A stretch of 64,000 nt of DNA, from positions 46,871 through 110,870 of the IMG/VR virus record IMGVR_UViG_3300031419_000010; one strand, given 5' to 3'. This document shows positions 1-10,123 of the stretch, in pieces; positions within the stretch are counted from its first letter, which is position 1, and each line of letters begins with the position of its first letter. The position numbers and the translations under genes are program-made. Below the pieces are notes generated by a model. That model saw nothing but the letters and a program-made list of their open reading frames with translations, was not told where the DNA came from and searched no databases. Source of the DNA: a virus.

Positions 1-1464
1 AAGGTTATCAATAGAGACTAACGATCCAAGCAAGGTGCGCAGAACAGAACGACGGAAAGCAGAACCTTTGTGAAGATTTTTCTCCTGCCACTCAATGAAT
101 TTAGTGCGCAGCGTATCAGCAGGATCAACATAATCATGGAAATCAATATCGGTCAGCTCGAAAAGTTTTTGCACAATTTCGTAGTGGCGAAGTTTTTTGA
201 TCTCGTCCATAGACACGATCTCACCGATGCCTTTCTGCAAAGTATAAAGCGCGTTGCCTAGTACCACGGTAGGCTGAAACTCAAGCTCCTTGAATACGTC
301 AATACCGGCTCCGTCTTTAATGCGGCGCATAATTTTTTCTTCAATCTCAGCAACAGAAAAAATAGGGTGTTCGCCTTCTTCCTGTTCGTCCTCGTCTTCC
401 TCTTCTTCTTCGGAATCGGATTCTTCATCGTCGTCTTCTTCCACAGAATCATCGTCCGATTCATCATCCCAATCGTCGTCTTCGTCGTCTTCCTTTTCGT
501 CGTCTTCCTCTTCGTCGTCTTCCTCTTCCCCTTCAATCTGGAGATAGACGTGAGTTGCAAACTCATCAAACGCGACAGACTGATTAGAATTGTTGATCGC
601 ATTAACGTCAATCATTTCTTGAGGGTCGCCTTTGTGTGCAGAAATACATGCAGCAACAAAACAATCGAAAAATTCTTCGAAGTCGGTATCGTTAAAATCT
701 ACCCAACGATTAAACGATTCTGCGGTGATAAAGTATTTATCGCGCAGACGTTTCAGAATTTCCTGCGGCCCAAGCAAAGCAAGGTTAGTTGCTAGTGTCG
801 GAATGCGGGTAACTGTTTCCAGACCAATAATGACAGCAAAGCGTTGAACCGTTTCAAAAGGGAAAACACTGCACAGGTGCCGGAATACGTCTTTCCCGAT
901 CTCACTGTTATCATCAACAATGGTTTCAGGACTAATGCGAGAGCGCAGAGAAATCCAGTTAGAAGATTCGCCTGCCGCATCGAATGCGTAGCGCTGCGTA
1001 AAGAATTCATTCAGGCCAGCACATACCGGAAACACGCGGTAGAAGTTTCTCAGGTCAGCAAACAGATGCGCCAAAAATGCGCGACGATCTTTGCGGTCAA
1101 ATGGAATATGACACAAAGCGGCCAGGCGAGAAAGTTCGTTGTTGTTCTCCACGCTCAGAAGATCGTTAACATCAAAACGGCGAGTCAGTTGCAGCGTGTC
1201 AGTCACAACGCTTTCAATTGTCATCACGTTAAGATTTGCAAACTCTTCTGGCAACTCATCGCCATTGAAAACCATACCGAGGAAACCAGAACACTCAGAC
1301 GGGTTAAGATGCTTCTGCATAAACGCCAGCAGGGTTTGTTCCGGCGTCTGGTCAGCAACAACGTTTTGCTGATAGCTAAGAAGATTGTCAAAAGCCGCTG
1401 CAATCTCTTTCAGTGCGGTAGCGCGACGTGCAGGATCTTTAGGCAGATTGATATAATCAAACAT
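1..1464 (-). CDS. hypothetical protein with long Asp/Glu-rich linker (runs off the left edge; not in the ORF track)
   Basis: ATG at 1464 overlaps the upstream stop. Frame reads MFDYINLPKDPARR... with no stop seen and encodes EEEDDEEEDD tracts at ~380-530. Confidence 0.8.
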   Translation of the reverse strand, partial: MFDYINLPKDPARRATALKEIAAAFDNLLSYQQNVVADQTPEQTLLAFMQKHLNPSECSGFLGMVFNGDELPEEFANLNVMTIESVVTDTLQLTRRFDVNDLLSVENNNELSRLAALCHIPFDRKDRRAFLAHLFADLRNFYRVFPVCAGLNEFFTQRYAFDAAGESSNWISLRSRISPETIVDDNSEIGKDVFRHLCSVFPFETVQRFAVIIGLETVTRIPTLATNLALLGPQEILKRLRDKYFITAESFNRWVDFNDTDFEEFFDCFVAACISAHKGDPQEMIDVNAINNSNQSVAFDEFATHVYLQIEGEEEDDEEEDDEKEDDEDDDWDDESDDDSVEEDDDEESDSEEEEEDEDEQEEGEHPIFSVAEIEEKIMRRIKDGAGIDVFKELEFQPTVVLGNALYTLQKGIGEIVSMDEIKKLRHYEIVQKLFELTDIDFHDYVDPADTLRTKFIEWQEKNLHKGSAFRRSVLRTLLGSLVSIDNL

Positions 1465-2089
1465 TGGCTTCTTCCTCTTCAACGATGTTTGCGCCCATCA
1501 GAAACTCGATGATCGCGCCGTGTTCTGTTTTTACGTCGCTGTGTTCATCAGCGCCAGCAAGATAAGTTTGATACTCTTCAAGGAAATTCATTTCCTGAAT
1601 TTTCGCCAGCAGATGCTCACGATTCATATCCTCTTCTGCCGGAAACTCATCGTTGATTACATACAGGCTGTGTAGCTGATCAAACGTCAGTGCATCCAGC
1701 ACGAAATCTTTGTGAACCTTCGGATCGATTTTTGGATCGTACGTGCGAGAAAGCAGACGTTCCTGAACCAGTGATTCGCAATCGCCAAAGTTAAACCACA
1801 GTTCAGACTTGTGCGGCTGAATGTTGTTTGGCTCCAGAAAGTTTTTGTTGAAGAAGTTGCGAAGCGTGTCGATGTGCTTGCCGCTATCAGCCAGACGGTT
1901 AGACAGCAGATAAACAACACGCGTACGATCAGAACAATCGACGTTTGTGATTTCCATCGCTTCTAAAACATCGGTAAGCTGCTTGTCGTTGAACAGCGCC
2001 AGTGCATACCACCATTCGCCTTCTTCCAACAAACGCGCAATAACCAGATCGCCATTAATTTGCTTGCTCATCTTTTTACCCTTAAACAA
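1457..2089 (-). CDS. hypothetical acidic protein
   Basis: ORF coupled to both neighbours; start may be MSKQ at 2071. Confidence 0.7.
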   Translation of the reverse strand: MFKGKKMSKQINGDLVIARLLEEGEWWYALALFNDKQLTDVLEAMEITNVDCSDRTRVVYLLSNRLADSGKHIDTLRNFFNKNFLEPNNIQPHKSELWFNFGDCESLVQERLLSRTYDPKIDPKVHKDFVLDALTFDQLHSLYVINDEFPAEEDMNREHLLAKIQEMNFLEEYQTYLAGADEHSDVKTEHGAIIEFLMGANIVEEEEANV

Positions 2090-2900
2090 AATCGTCTTTT
2101 AAGTCGGCACGAAAACCAGCAGCCAGTTCCGGCGTGATCTTTTCGTACGTGTAAGTTAATGCTTCGAACACCGCAAGAGTTTCGTCTTTCGGTTTCCAGT
2201 TCGACCAATCAACCCATTCAGCATTCGCTTTGTATGTTTCAATGCCTTCATAGATCATATCGGTAACGCTTTCTGCAAGCAGCGAATCTTCGTAGTCTTC
2301 ATCAAAAATGTCTATGCCGATAGAAGCCATCAAATCATCGCGCTGTGATTCTTTAAGCGCGTTGTTCAGGAAGTCCAAAATCTTTTGTTCCTGACGATGA
2401 TAAACAACATAGTCCATCATCATTTTGAAAAGCTCAAGGCGCGTTTTATCTTCAAACACGCGAGGATCTTCTTCGGGCATCAGCGCGATAAGTTGCGGAA
2501 CACTTAGCTTTGAAAGTTCCTCCGCACTATCCTGCATGTTTTCTTTATCGACCAGAACATCAGCCGCACGACACGCCGCCACCAACTCAGTTGGATGCTG
2601 TGTCATCAGATACGCCTGAATGCGTTCGTCCATAATAAAGTCAGCAGGACGCGCAAACATCGGATGCTGCGTTGCCATACGAATCAGAGCGCCAACCATG
2701 ATATGAATTTCATCACTCACTTTTGACAGTTCAAAAATCCGCTGCGAATAGTGCTCCAGTTCTTTTGGGTGCTGGCTCAGTTCTGCTTTTTCCAGCAACT
2801 GATAAAACTCAGGAGTGAACTTGTGTGAACCTGAACGAGCAGCAGCATAGATAAAGCGCGTACCCGAAATTAATTCTGACAGACTTGCATGAGTTTTCAT
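2082..2900 (-). CDS. hypothetical acidic protein
   Basis: 272-aa ORF with GAGG SD. Confidence 0.75.
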   Translation of the reverse strand: MKTHASLSELISGTRFIYAAARSGSHKFTPEFYQLLEKAELSQHPKELEHYSQRIFELSKVSDEIHIMVGALIRMATQHPMFARPADFIMDERIQAYLMTQHPTELVAACRAADVLVDKENMQDSAEELSKLSVPQLIALMPEEDPRVFEDKTRLELFKMMMDYVVYHRQEQKILDFLNNALKESQRDDLMASIGIDIFDEDYEDSLLAESVTDMIYEGIETYKANAEWVDWSNWKPKDETLAVFEALTYTYEKITPELAAGFRADLKDDFV

Positions 2901-3009
2901 AGACGCCTCAGTTTTTAGGTATCAGCTTATCACACTGCTTGTTCAAGCGGCGCAAATGCCAACGGTTGATATAGGAACGAACAAAACGGGAAAACTTTTT
3001 AAAGGACAC

Positions 3010-3963
3010 TTACCGCCTCCGAAGAAGATCCGCTACTGCGAGGTTTTTAGCTTTTGATTCGCACATAATGTCGAAGTCCTCAAAAGACAACGCCCACGCA
3101 TTAACTAATGGGTTATGAAAATAATCCGAGTGAGCACGTAGTTTTGTTTTCGGAAAAGGAATCTTGTTCTGATCCGGAAACTCGTCAGACGGAACATACT
3201 CAGGACGTGAAACAGAATAGTGCATTGTTGGGCGAACACCGCGCCAGCTTTCAATAACACGCTTAACGCGTTTATCGTTTGGCTTGATGTATTCGTTTGT
3301 CATTACCCAATGATGATGAATATCAAGAACGACAGGAAGCAGATCGCTAAGCGTTAAACATTCTTCGACGCTGCTTGTCAGTTCGTCATTTTCAACAGTC
3401 AACATTCTGCGGCATTCAGGCGACAGCAATTTAAAGTTGCGTCTAAATTCGCTGGCTCCAAGTTTGCCGCTCAGGTGAATGTTGATTTTGAAGTCTTGAA
3501 ACTTTTTGCCGTAACCCATCAACGTTGCAATCTCTGTGTGATACTCAAGATCACGCAAAGAGTTTTCTACAACGTGAGGCTTGTCACTCGCAAGCACGGT
3601 AAACTGACCGGGATGAAACGAAAGCCTAACGCGATGCAAACGCGCAAGCTCACCGAGATCTTCCAGCAGCGTAACCATATTAGGCAACACATACTTGCGA
3701 CTGATCTCTCTGAAACTTTCATGCGTGAATAACGGTAGGAGTTCGCTTGTTATGCGCATCATGCGTTTCTGTTCCGGACGGATAGCCAACATTTTTGTCA
3801 TAGCAATAACACTACGAATGTTTGACTGTCCAATCTCAACCAGCTTTGCAATTTGTTCACGCTTAGGCAAAAGAGATAAACGCGCAGCAGTAACAGTGCG
3901 CGAAGGGAAAGGCTGCTTGCCGTCAGCACTCATATATTTACAAGCGAATCCTACACGTTGCAT
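3010..3963 (-). CDS. uvsE: UV damage endonuclease UvsE/UVDE
   Basis: Motifs GFACK, RLSFHPGQF, NIH, LTVENDE, LDIHHH, RAHSD, IMCESKAK. Confidence 0.93.
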   Translation of the reverse strand: MQRVGFACKYMSADGKQPFPSRTVTAARLSLLPKREQIAKLVEIGQSNIRSVIAMTKMLAIRPEQKRMMRITSELLPLFTHESFREISRKYVLPNMVTLLEDLGELARLHRVRLSFHPGQFTVLASDKPHVVENSLRDLEYHTEIATLMGYGKKFQDFKINIHLSGKLGASEFRRNFKLLSPECRRMLTVENDELTSSVEECLTLSDLLPVVLDIHHHWVMTNEYIKPNDKRVKRVIESWRGVRPTMHYSVSRPEYVPSDEFPDQNKIPFPKTKLRAHSDYFHNPLVNAWALSFEDFDIMCESKAKNLAVADLLRRR

Positions 3964-3972
3964 TAATAGTCC

Positions 3973-4158
3973 TCAGAAAGAATCGTATTTCGGATCGGGC
4001 ATTGTGTGGCTATCAGGAATGCCATTTTTAAGAGACTCTGGTATCTCTTTACAGATATTGGATTTTGAATCGCGCAGTGCTTTTGGCAGTTCGTGCGAAT
4101 CGTGTACGCGGTTGCGCATCTTATCCGGAATGCGTTTACCTATATCAGAATTTTTCAT
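3973..4158 (-). CDS. small hypothetical protein
   Basis: Coupled to the upstream stop; internal IPD/IPE repeats. Confidence 0.5.
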   Translation of the reverse strand: MKNSDIGKRIPDKMRNRVHDSHELPKALRDSKSNICKEIPESLKNGIPDSHTMPDPKYDSF

Positions 4159-5093
4159 TACTCAAATTCCTCTTTCGCTTTCAGATCCGCAATGCGCTGT
4201 TTCAGTTCTTTGCGCAGCTTAGGTAAAGCAAGATGCAAATTCACACCAGACTTGCGACCAAAAGAGACAACTTTTTTGCTTACGCGTGTCACTGACATGC
4301 CGAGACTGTTGCACCAATCAATTAATGGATCGATACCCATCAGATCGATTTCGCTGTCAGTTGGATATTCAATATCGTCCTGATCTTCGTCTTCCGGTTC
4401 GTCGTCCGTGTTCTGCAAAATCTTTTGCTGTTCCTTTGCAGTCTCCAGCGATTTGATAAGCGTTTGGCGATCAACTTTACGCGCCATTGCTTCGTGAGGC
4501 ATAAGGCCGTATGTCACAACAGCCGTATGCAGTTCGCTGTCTGTCTTTGCGTTCGGCCAGAAGTCATCAGGAATGTCCGGATAAGTTTCAGGTTCGTAGA
4601 CAGGTTCCAGCGAAGCCCAAACCATCGAACTACATGAGCGTTGATGAATGAATGTTGCTTCGCCCCAACCAACATCGATCAAGTTCTGGCGCAGTTCTTC
4701 AAACAGCGAAGGCGGCGCAACGCAATCAATCGGACAAACTTCGACGTGAATCAAACCCGGTTTCAGTTTGAATTTTTCAACAGCGTAATCGTCGTTGAGA
4801 AACTTAACGTAATCGGCAACGTCTTTCGGATATTCTTTGTGACGCCCGTAAAAAGGAGAAGGAGTTTCACCGCCAGCGATTTCAAGCAAGCAAGTATTGA
4901 TGCGCTTGCCTGCTTCTGCCAGAAACTTTTCTTGCAGTTCGCGCTGTTCGTACCCAATATCACGAAATTGTTTTGGTGACATAACTTTGCTGCTTCTGGT
5001 TATTGAATTGTGCATTTTAGTTTCCCCGTCCTTCGCGTTCACGTTGGTAGTAACAGTTATGGCAGAGATCATCCCACTCGCCGTAAACTTCAC
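4158..5093 (-). CDS. hypothetical protein
   Basis: 311-aa ORF in operon; start uncertain. Confidence 0.65.
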   Translation of the reverse strand: MKFTASGMISAITVTTNVNAKDGETKMHNSITRSSKVMSPKQFRDIGYEQRELQEKFLAEAGKRINTCLLEIAGGETPSPFYGRHKEYPKDVADYVKFLNDDYAVEKFKLKPGLIHVEVCPIDCVAPPSLFEELRQNLIDVGWGEATFIHQRSCSSMVWASLEPVYEPETYPDIPDDFWPNAKTDSELHTAVVTYGLMPHEAMARKVDRQTLIKSLETAKEQQKILQNTDDEPEDEDQDDIEYPTDSEIDLMGIDPLIDWCNSLGMSVTRVSKKVVSFGRKSGVNLHLALPKLRKELKQRIADLKAKEEFE

Positions 5094-5156
5094 CTTCTTC
5101 CAAATCTTCGCCGCAATCCATACAATGCGCGTACGGTTCGTTTTCGTTTTCCATTT

Positions 5157-5414
5157 TTACCTCAACTGAGAATCTTTACTGCCGCGACGGTTGTAATATG
5201 CGTGGTGCGTTCCGTCATGTTCGGCTTGATGTTCAATGCAGTATTTTGCGTTCGGCATAACTTTCAAACGCGCTTCTGGAATGCGGCAACCACACTCCAG
5301 ACAGTGAGTAGATCCCTTACCTGATAATTGTGAACGAGCAAAATCAATTTCATTGTTGATGTTGCTTTCGATGGTATCGTTCACTCCGTCATCTTTAGTA
5401 AAGCCTACTGCCAT
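5157..5414 (-). CDS. TraR/DksA C4 zinc-finger protein (YbiI-like)
   Basis: CLECGCRIPEARL...YCIEHQ and C-terminal NRRGSKDSQLR. Confidence 0.9.
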   Translation of the reverse strand: MAVGFTKDDGVNDTIESNINNEIDFARSQLSGKGSTHCLECGCRIPEARLKVMPNAKYCIEHQAEHDGTHHAYYNRRGSKDSQLR

Positions 5415-5416
5415 AA

Positions 5417-6847
5417 TTACCCCTTAAAGTTACAGCTACCGACCACCGTGGTAAAAGAACAACGTTTGTCGTCCGTATTCTTTTTGCGTTTGCGAACAGT
5501 TACTTTTGGTTTAGCTGATTTAACCACTTTCGGCATTTTGGTTTGTGATTTGACTGTGCGCGGCTTGCGTACTTTCTTTGGCTCCGGAACCGGATCATTA
5601 CGCGACCAATCAAAATAAAGTTCGCCGTCCATGTGATACACCATTTCAGTGTATTCAGGTTCGACAGCGTTCGGTTCAAACGCGCTGGCTTTTAACCAAG
5701 CATACGAATGGTGCATTTCCGGACTGCGATGAGTAAAGCACGATGCGCAAGCGTCCGTGTAAAAATCTTTTTCACGGCGATGCGTAAACAGCATATCGTG
5801 TTTATCCAGTGTCGGAACATCGCAGAACACTTCGTCAAAGCAAAGAACAAGGAACGGTTTTTTCTGGATGCGCTTACGTGCTTCCTTTTCCTCTTTGATG
5901 CTGCCGCGAGTTGCATCACGCCACTTCAAAACATTTTGACCATACTCACGCAGTTCGTTGTTTTCTTTTTCGTTGGAGTAGTCCACACGAAACACAACGT
6001 CCACCCACGGATTTTCTACCATGAATTGATGCGCAAGATTCATTTCCTGTTCAATGCGCGGATAGTTTTCTTTGTTGATAACAAAGTTAATATGAAAACT
6101 AACTTTCTTACCGAGGCGATTACGAAAGCGAACCAGATCATCCAGTGTCCACGTATAGTTGACGCCCATGATCTTGTTTGCAACTTCGCGATCAAAGCTG
6201 TGCATACTGATATTCAAATGCGACAGCTTGCTTTCCAGTTCGTCGTTTGTGTTGAGATCCAGAAAGCCTAAAACGGAAGAAGTCTTTTCCAGAAAGAAAC
6301 CGTTTGTTGTCAGGCCGACATTCTGAACAGGAGTTTCGCGCTGAATACGATCAATCGTCTCAAACAAAAACTTCATGCGCAGAGTAGGCTCACCGCCGCT
6401 AATCGAAACGTGATCGATAATGCCGCTGTGCTGCTTGATGTGTTTAATCAAACCGTCTTGCCACTCTTCCTGTTTGGCTTTGTGTTCCATTTCTTTCTCA
6501 GGACAGAAGTTGCACTTTGCATTACACGTTACAGGAAGAATTGCAGTGAAGTTACGCAGCATATCAGGCATTGCTAAAACGCGCTTACCTGATTTCTTTT
6601 CAGCGAGACTGATTTCCCACTTTTCAAGTAAGGCACTGCGGTTGTGCGAAACAAATTCCAGACAAGAAGCAGGATAGCTTTGTTCCTGTTCGCCGTGGTT
6701 TTCAAGGAACAGCTTAACACTGCCATCATCGTTACGTGCGATCACAATGCCGCTACCGCCGAGCAAAGTTTCTTGTCCTTTCTCTTGCGGGTTAGGAGTA
6801 GCGATAACCAGATCAGCCAAGCGATACGGATTCAATTTAAAAGTCAT
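5417..6847 (-). CDS. radical SAM protein
   Basis: CNAKCNFC (CxxxCxxC), SGGEPT, TTNG, LNISMH. Confidence 0.88.
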   Translation of the reverse strand: MTFKLNPYRLADLVIATPNPQEKGQETLLGGSGIVIARNDDGSVKLFLENHGEQEQSYPASCLEFVSHNRSALLEKWEISLAEKKSGKRVLAMPDMLRNFTAILPVTCNAKCNFCPEKEMEHKAKQEEWQDGLIKHIKQHSGIIDHVSISGGEPTLRMKFLFETIDRIQRETPVQNVGLTTNGFFLEKTSSVLGFLDLNTNDELESKLSHLNISMHSFDREVANKIMGVNYTWTLDDLVRFRNRLGKKVSFHINFVINKENYPRIEQEMNLAHQFMVENPWVDVVFRVDYSNEKENNELREYGQNVLKWRDATRGSIKEEKEARKRIQKKPFLVLCFDEVFCDVPTLDKHDMLFTHRREKDFYTDACASCFTHRSPEMHHSYAWLKASAFEPNAVEPEYTEMVYHMDGELYFDWSRNDPVPEPKKVRKPRTVKSQTKMPKVVKSAKPKVTVRKRKKNTDDKRCSFTTVVGSCNFKG

Positions 6848-6849
6848 GG

Positions 6850-7299
6850 TTACGCCTTACCTGTAGAAAGTGGAATTTTTGAAGCCATGATGTTCTGATA
6901 TTCAGCTTCGATAAACTCTGCAAACTCCGCGCTAGGATCAACGCCGTGCTGAGAAACAACATGAACATATTCACCAGACCAGAACCAGCCTTTGTAGTCA
7001 TAGTCGCTAAACTCAACAGAGCGGCTGCAATAAGGGCAAGTGCAAAGACCACGAACACGCATATAAAAACCGCCGCGCTGTGCAATCTCACACACAACAG
7101 AAAACTTGCGTACGAACTCGCGACGTTCCTGCGTCATTTCGTTTGACTCAGGAAGTTGATCGTTTTCGTAATTGCGAAACAGAGAAAAGTAGCGGCCTTC
7201 GATTTTAGTGTTTTCGTTTGAATGATTCATCTTAGTACCCCATTGATTCGATTGCGTTACGCAGATCATATTCGTTACTTTCTGCGGTGATTGTTTCAC
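6850..7299 (-). CDS. hypothetical protein with CxxC
   Basis: CTCPYC, HVVSQHGVDPSAEF; start may be 7230. Confidence 0.65.
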   Translation of the reverse strand: MKQSPQKVTNMICVTQSNQWGTKMNHSNENTKIEGRYFSLFRNYENDQLPESNEMTQERREFVRKFSVVCEIAQRGGFYMRVRGLCTCPYCSRSVEFSDYDYKGWFWSGEYVHVVSQHGVDPSAEFAEFIEAEYQNIMASKIPLSTGKA

Positions 7300-7462
7300 A
7301 CTTACGTGGAAGGTTTTGGCCCGATGCGATGAATTGAAGTTTCATCACAACAAAGATTGCATAAAGGCGAGTTGTTTCTCTGCCTTCGTATGCAACCGCG
7401 ACCATTCGAAGAAGTTTCAAGTCGTCTTTGCTAACGACAGGTTTTACTTTCGGAGTGCTCAT
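7232..7462 (-). CDS. hypothetical protein
   Basis: ATGA overlap with the upstream gene. Confidence 0.6.
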   Translation of the reverse strand: MSTPKVKPVVSKDDLKLLRMVAVAYEGRETTRLYAIFVVMKLQFIASGQNLPRKCETITAESNEYDLRNAIESMGY

Positions 7463-7665
7463 TCTGAGTCCTCATCGCCAACAATGTTTACGTCAACCAC
7501 ACCAACTTCATCAAACGCGTGTCGTGCAATAGCAACGATCATTTCTGCGCGTGTAATTTCGTTAGGGTTTGCTTGAAACTTTTCAATCGCTTCATCAATA
7601 GTTGAGCTAGTGATTAGCGCTTCAAGTTCAACATCGCATTGGATTTCGAAATCTTCTTCTCTCAT
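7459..7665 (-). CDS. small acidic hypothetical protein
   Basis: Coupled ORF. Confidence 0.65.
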   Translation of the reverse strand: MREEDFEIQCDVELEALITSSTIDEAIEKFQANPNEITRAEMIVAIARHAFDEVGVVDVNIVGDEDSE

Positions 7666-8066
7666 TATTTTTCACCTAACTGTTTTGGGTTTTTGTTTGT
7701 GGCGAAAAACATTGCCAACCATTTCCACGCAATTTTAGCTTGCGAGAATCTTTGCTTTGTAAAAAGCCCTGCAATTCTTTCCGCTTCATTTTCGTCTAAC
7801 TGTTGCATCAGTTCCAACTGCTTTTCTGTTTCATCGTGCGCGTCCAAAAGACCAACACGAACAGGAAGAGTTGTATGCAGAATTGCGGTGATTTCTTTCT
7901 GGCTATTGGCTACCAGAAAAGAACAAAACTGAGTACCGAGGAAACGCATCATATCGTCGTTTGAAAGATTGTGCTTTTCGGCAACGTCAGCCATCGCATT
8001 GCCTAAGTCTTCGTAGGCGTCAGCCATAAAAGGCGGGAGTTTAACAGGCTTATCAAGTGGCAGCAT
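7665..8066 (-). CDS. hypothetical protein
   Basis: TAAGGA SD; first gene after the promoter motif at 8145. Confidence 0.75.
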   Translation of the reverse strand: MLPLDKPVKLPPFMADAYEDLGNAMADVAEKHNLSNDDMMRFLGTQFCSFLVANSQKEITAILHTTLPVRVGLLDAHDETEKQLELMQQLDENEAERIAGLFTKQRFSQAKIAWKWLAMFFATNKNPKQLGEK

Positions 8067-8144
8067 AGTAAGTTCCTTATACGGGGGATTAGATACGACA
8101 AAAGGCCGTCCTCTAAGAATACAGGAAAGCCTTTCGGTTTAACA

Positions 8145-8167
8145 GCGGTATTTTGGACACTTATTTG
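8145..8167 (-). promoter_or_regulatory. conserved promoter motif CAAATAAGTGTCCAAAATACCGC (copy 1)
   Basis: Near-identical intergenic copies at 15008 and 20733. Confidence 0.7.
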
Positions 8168-8173
8168 CAGAGA

Positions 8174-8713
8174 TTAAGGCTTTACCGCCGATACAAATTC
8201 AGGCGGTACAAAGTCAGTCAGCCAGACGCCGTTAGTTGTTTTCTGCAACTTGTGTCCGGCGTCGTGCATTTCTTTGGCCTTCACATAAAGAACACGGCAC
8301 ATTGCTTTACGTCGCGCCCCGACATTTTCAGCAGTAACCCAATCGAACGTCAGATGAACTTTGGTGCGCTGCATTGGTTTGATGCCTTCATTCAAAATCG
8401 TGTTGACGTTCTGAATTGCTGTTCCGTGATAAAGAATTTCAGGCGGCACATGATCGCCATGATCAATTTTCACGCTTTCGAGTGAGTGACCTTGAATGCA
8501 ACGAATCTTTTTCTTGTCCGGTGAAAATTCGAAGCGACCTTTTTCGTCATTGGTGACAACAGAAATAAGCTGATCCATATCCACCAGCTTATCGCATTTG
8601 TTCACCAAATCTTTTGCGTCAACCCAACCTTGATCATCCATAACCAAACCAATCTGGCCCGGATTATGTCGCAGGAAAAAAGTTAACGTTACGCCAATAC
8701 TTCTGCCTCTCAT
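8174..8713 (-). CDS. kptA: RNA 2'-phosphotransferase Tpt1/KptA
   Basis: LRHNP, KGRFE, IRCIQGHS, LYHGT, GIKPMQRTKVHL, NGVWLTDFVPP. Confidence 0.93.
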   Translation of the reverse strand: MRGRSIGVTLTFFLRHNPGQIGLVMDDQGWVDAKDLVNKCDKLVDMDQLISVVTNDEKGRFEFSPDKKKIRCIQGHSLESVKIDHGDHVPPEILYHGTAIQNVNTILNEGIKPMQRTKVHLTFDWVTAENVGARRKAMCRVLYVKAKEMHDAGHKLQKTTNGVWLTDFVPPEFVSAVKP

Positions 8714-8717
8714 TTTA

Positions 8718-9377
8718 TTACCTTCTACTTTTACGTGGGAAAAGAGACATGAATGCAGGATTCGCTTTGCCTGATTTAATCTCTTCAATGTTTTTCATTG
8801 TATCTTGCATCAAATCTGCCATCGTTTGATTTGAGATACCAAGATCATTCGGTGTAAGAATACCGAAAGGCGTAGCGTCCAAAAGAAACTGCATTCCCAT
8901 CAAACTGTCATGGATACGCGTTACTTCTTTTCCTTTCTCTACATCACCGTTAAATGCGAATCGAGAAAAGATATGGCGCATTTTGTACGTGTGTATTAGC
9001 TGAATATGTGCGCTGTCCATTCCGCGATTAGCCATATACGACATTTGATATTGCAGACGCAGACTATCAAGAGTGATCTCAAGTTTGCGTAAACGCTGGC
9101 GGTATTCATCCAGCTTTGCCACTTCATCAGGCAGATTGGCTTCGCAAAAATCAAAGGCCACCATTTCCTTGTCGCCGCTTCCATAGCGACGGCTGGCGCG
9201 AACCTGTTTGAACGTGTGCGTGATAAAATAAATTTTGCGGCGCAGAGCGTGACACAAAGCATTTGTCGCCACACCGTGAAGCTGCAAACGTTCGCATGTT
9301 TCACCGTGGAATAAATCGTCAGTGTCTGCGCTTCGTGATTTGCGCTGGTAATGAGCGTTGGTGAAAAATCGAGACAT
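8718..9377 (-). CDS. hypothetical protein
   Basis: Coupled ORF. Confidence 0.65.
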   Translation of the reverse strand: MSRFFTNAHYQRKSRSADTDDLFHGETCERLQLHGVATNALCHALRRKIYFITHTFKQVRASRRYGSGDKEMVAFDFCEANLPDEVAKLDEYRQRLRKLEITLDSLRLQYQMSYMANRGMDSAHIQLIHTYKMRHIFSRFAFNGDVEKGKEVTRIHDSLMGMQFLLDATPFGILTPNDLGISNQTMADLMQDTMKNIEEIKSGKANPAFMSLFPRKSRR

Positions 9378-10123
9378 TAACTTTTCCTCGTCTTGAGTTT
9401 ACGATAGACAGGTAGGATAGCATTCGCAATTTCATCCAGCGCAGGAATGTATCCGTCTGATTTTTCTTTACAGAATGCTTCAAACATTTTGTTTGCATCA
9501 GAATCGCTAGGAATCTTTGCACGAAAAGTCAGATCCCATGCCTCACTAAATTCGTTGCGGATTCGATTCTTGAAATCAGAGCTACCCGAAAAGATTTCTG
9601 GATTTAAAAAATACTCCGGAAAATCTCTTCTCAGAATATCCAGACTCTCGCGAACGAAATCAACCAGACCCATTATTGCCACACGCGTTTCAGGCGAACC
9701 GGGAATAATGTGAATGCGCGTTGCACCGTGACAGCTTTGAATGTGCAGATAGCCTTCTTTGTTTTCCGGATTGTATTCGGCATAAAGCGCAGACGTGTAT
9801 TCCATTTCGTTAACGTCCAGCAATCTGCGTCGAGCAAAAGCTGTCTCACTGCGCAGCGCATCTTGAAAATCGCGAAGGAACAGCAACAGGTTTTGCAGCT
9901 TTTCTTCAAAGCTATTTAACACAATGCCTGGCTTGTTGTGCAGGCTGATAGCTTTGTTGCCGTGGTGAATGAGAAGTTCCGTCTGAACCGTAGGCGGGAG
10001 AGTTTCATTTTCCGGATTAAGAACTTCTTTCGCGTAAAAGCCGATAGCGCTAACAGAGCTAGATTCGGACGGATAGAGCCAGCGACGAAAGCTAACTGAT
10101 TTGAAATCTTTTTTATCAGACAT
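9377..10123 (-). CDS. hypothetical protein
   Basis: Likely start MSDKK at 10123. Confidence 0.65.
   Translation of the reverse strand: MSDKKDFKSVSFRRWLYPSESSSVSAIGFYAKEVLNPENETLPPTVQTELLIHHGNKAISLHNKPGIVLNSFEEKLQNLLLFLRDFQDALRSETAFARRRLLDVNEMEYTSALYAEYNPENKEGYLHIQSCHGATRIHIIPGSPETRVAIMGLVDFVRESLDILRRDFPEYFLNPEIFSGSSDFKNRIRNEFSEAWDLTFRAKIPSDSDANKMFEAFCKEKSDGYIPALDEIANAILPVYRKLKTRKS

Noticed and set aside
258-795. Ser-rich, Phe/Val-rich and Lys/Thr-rich ORFs in the track
   Set aside because: Shadow frames of the acidic tract in the real minus-strand gene 1-1464.
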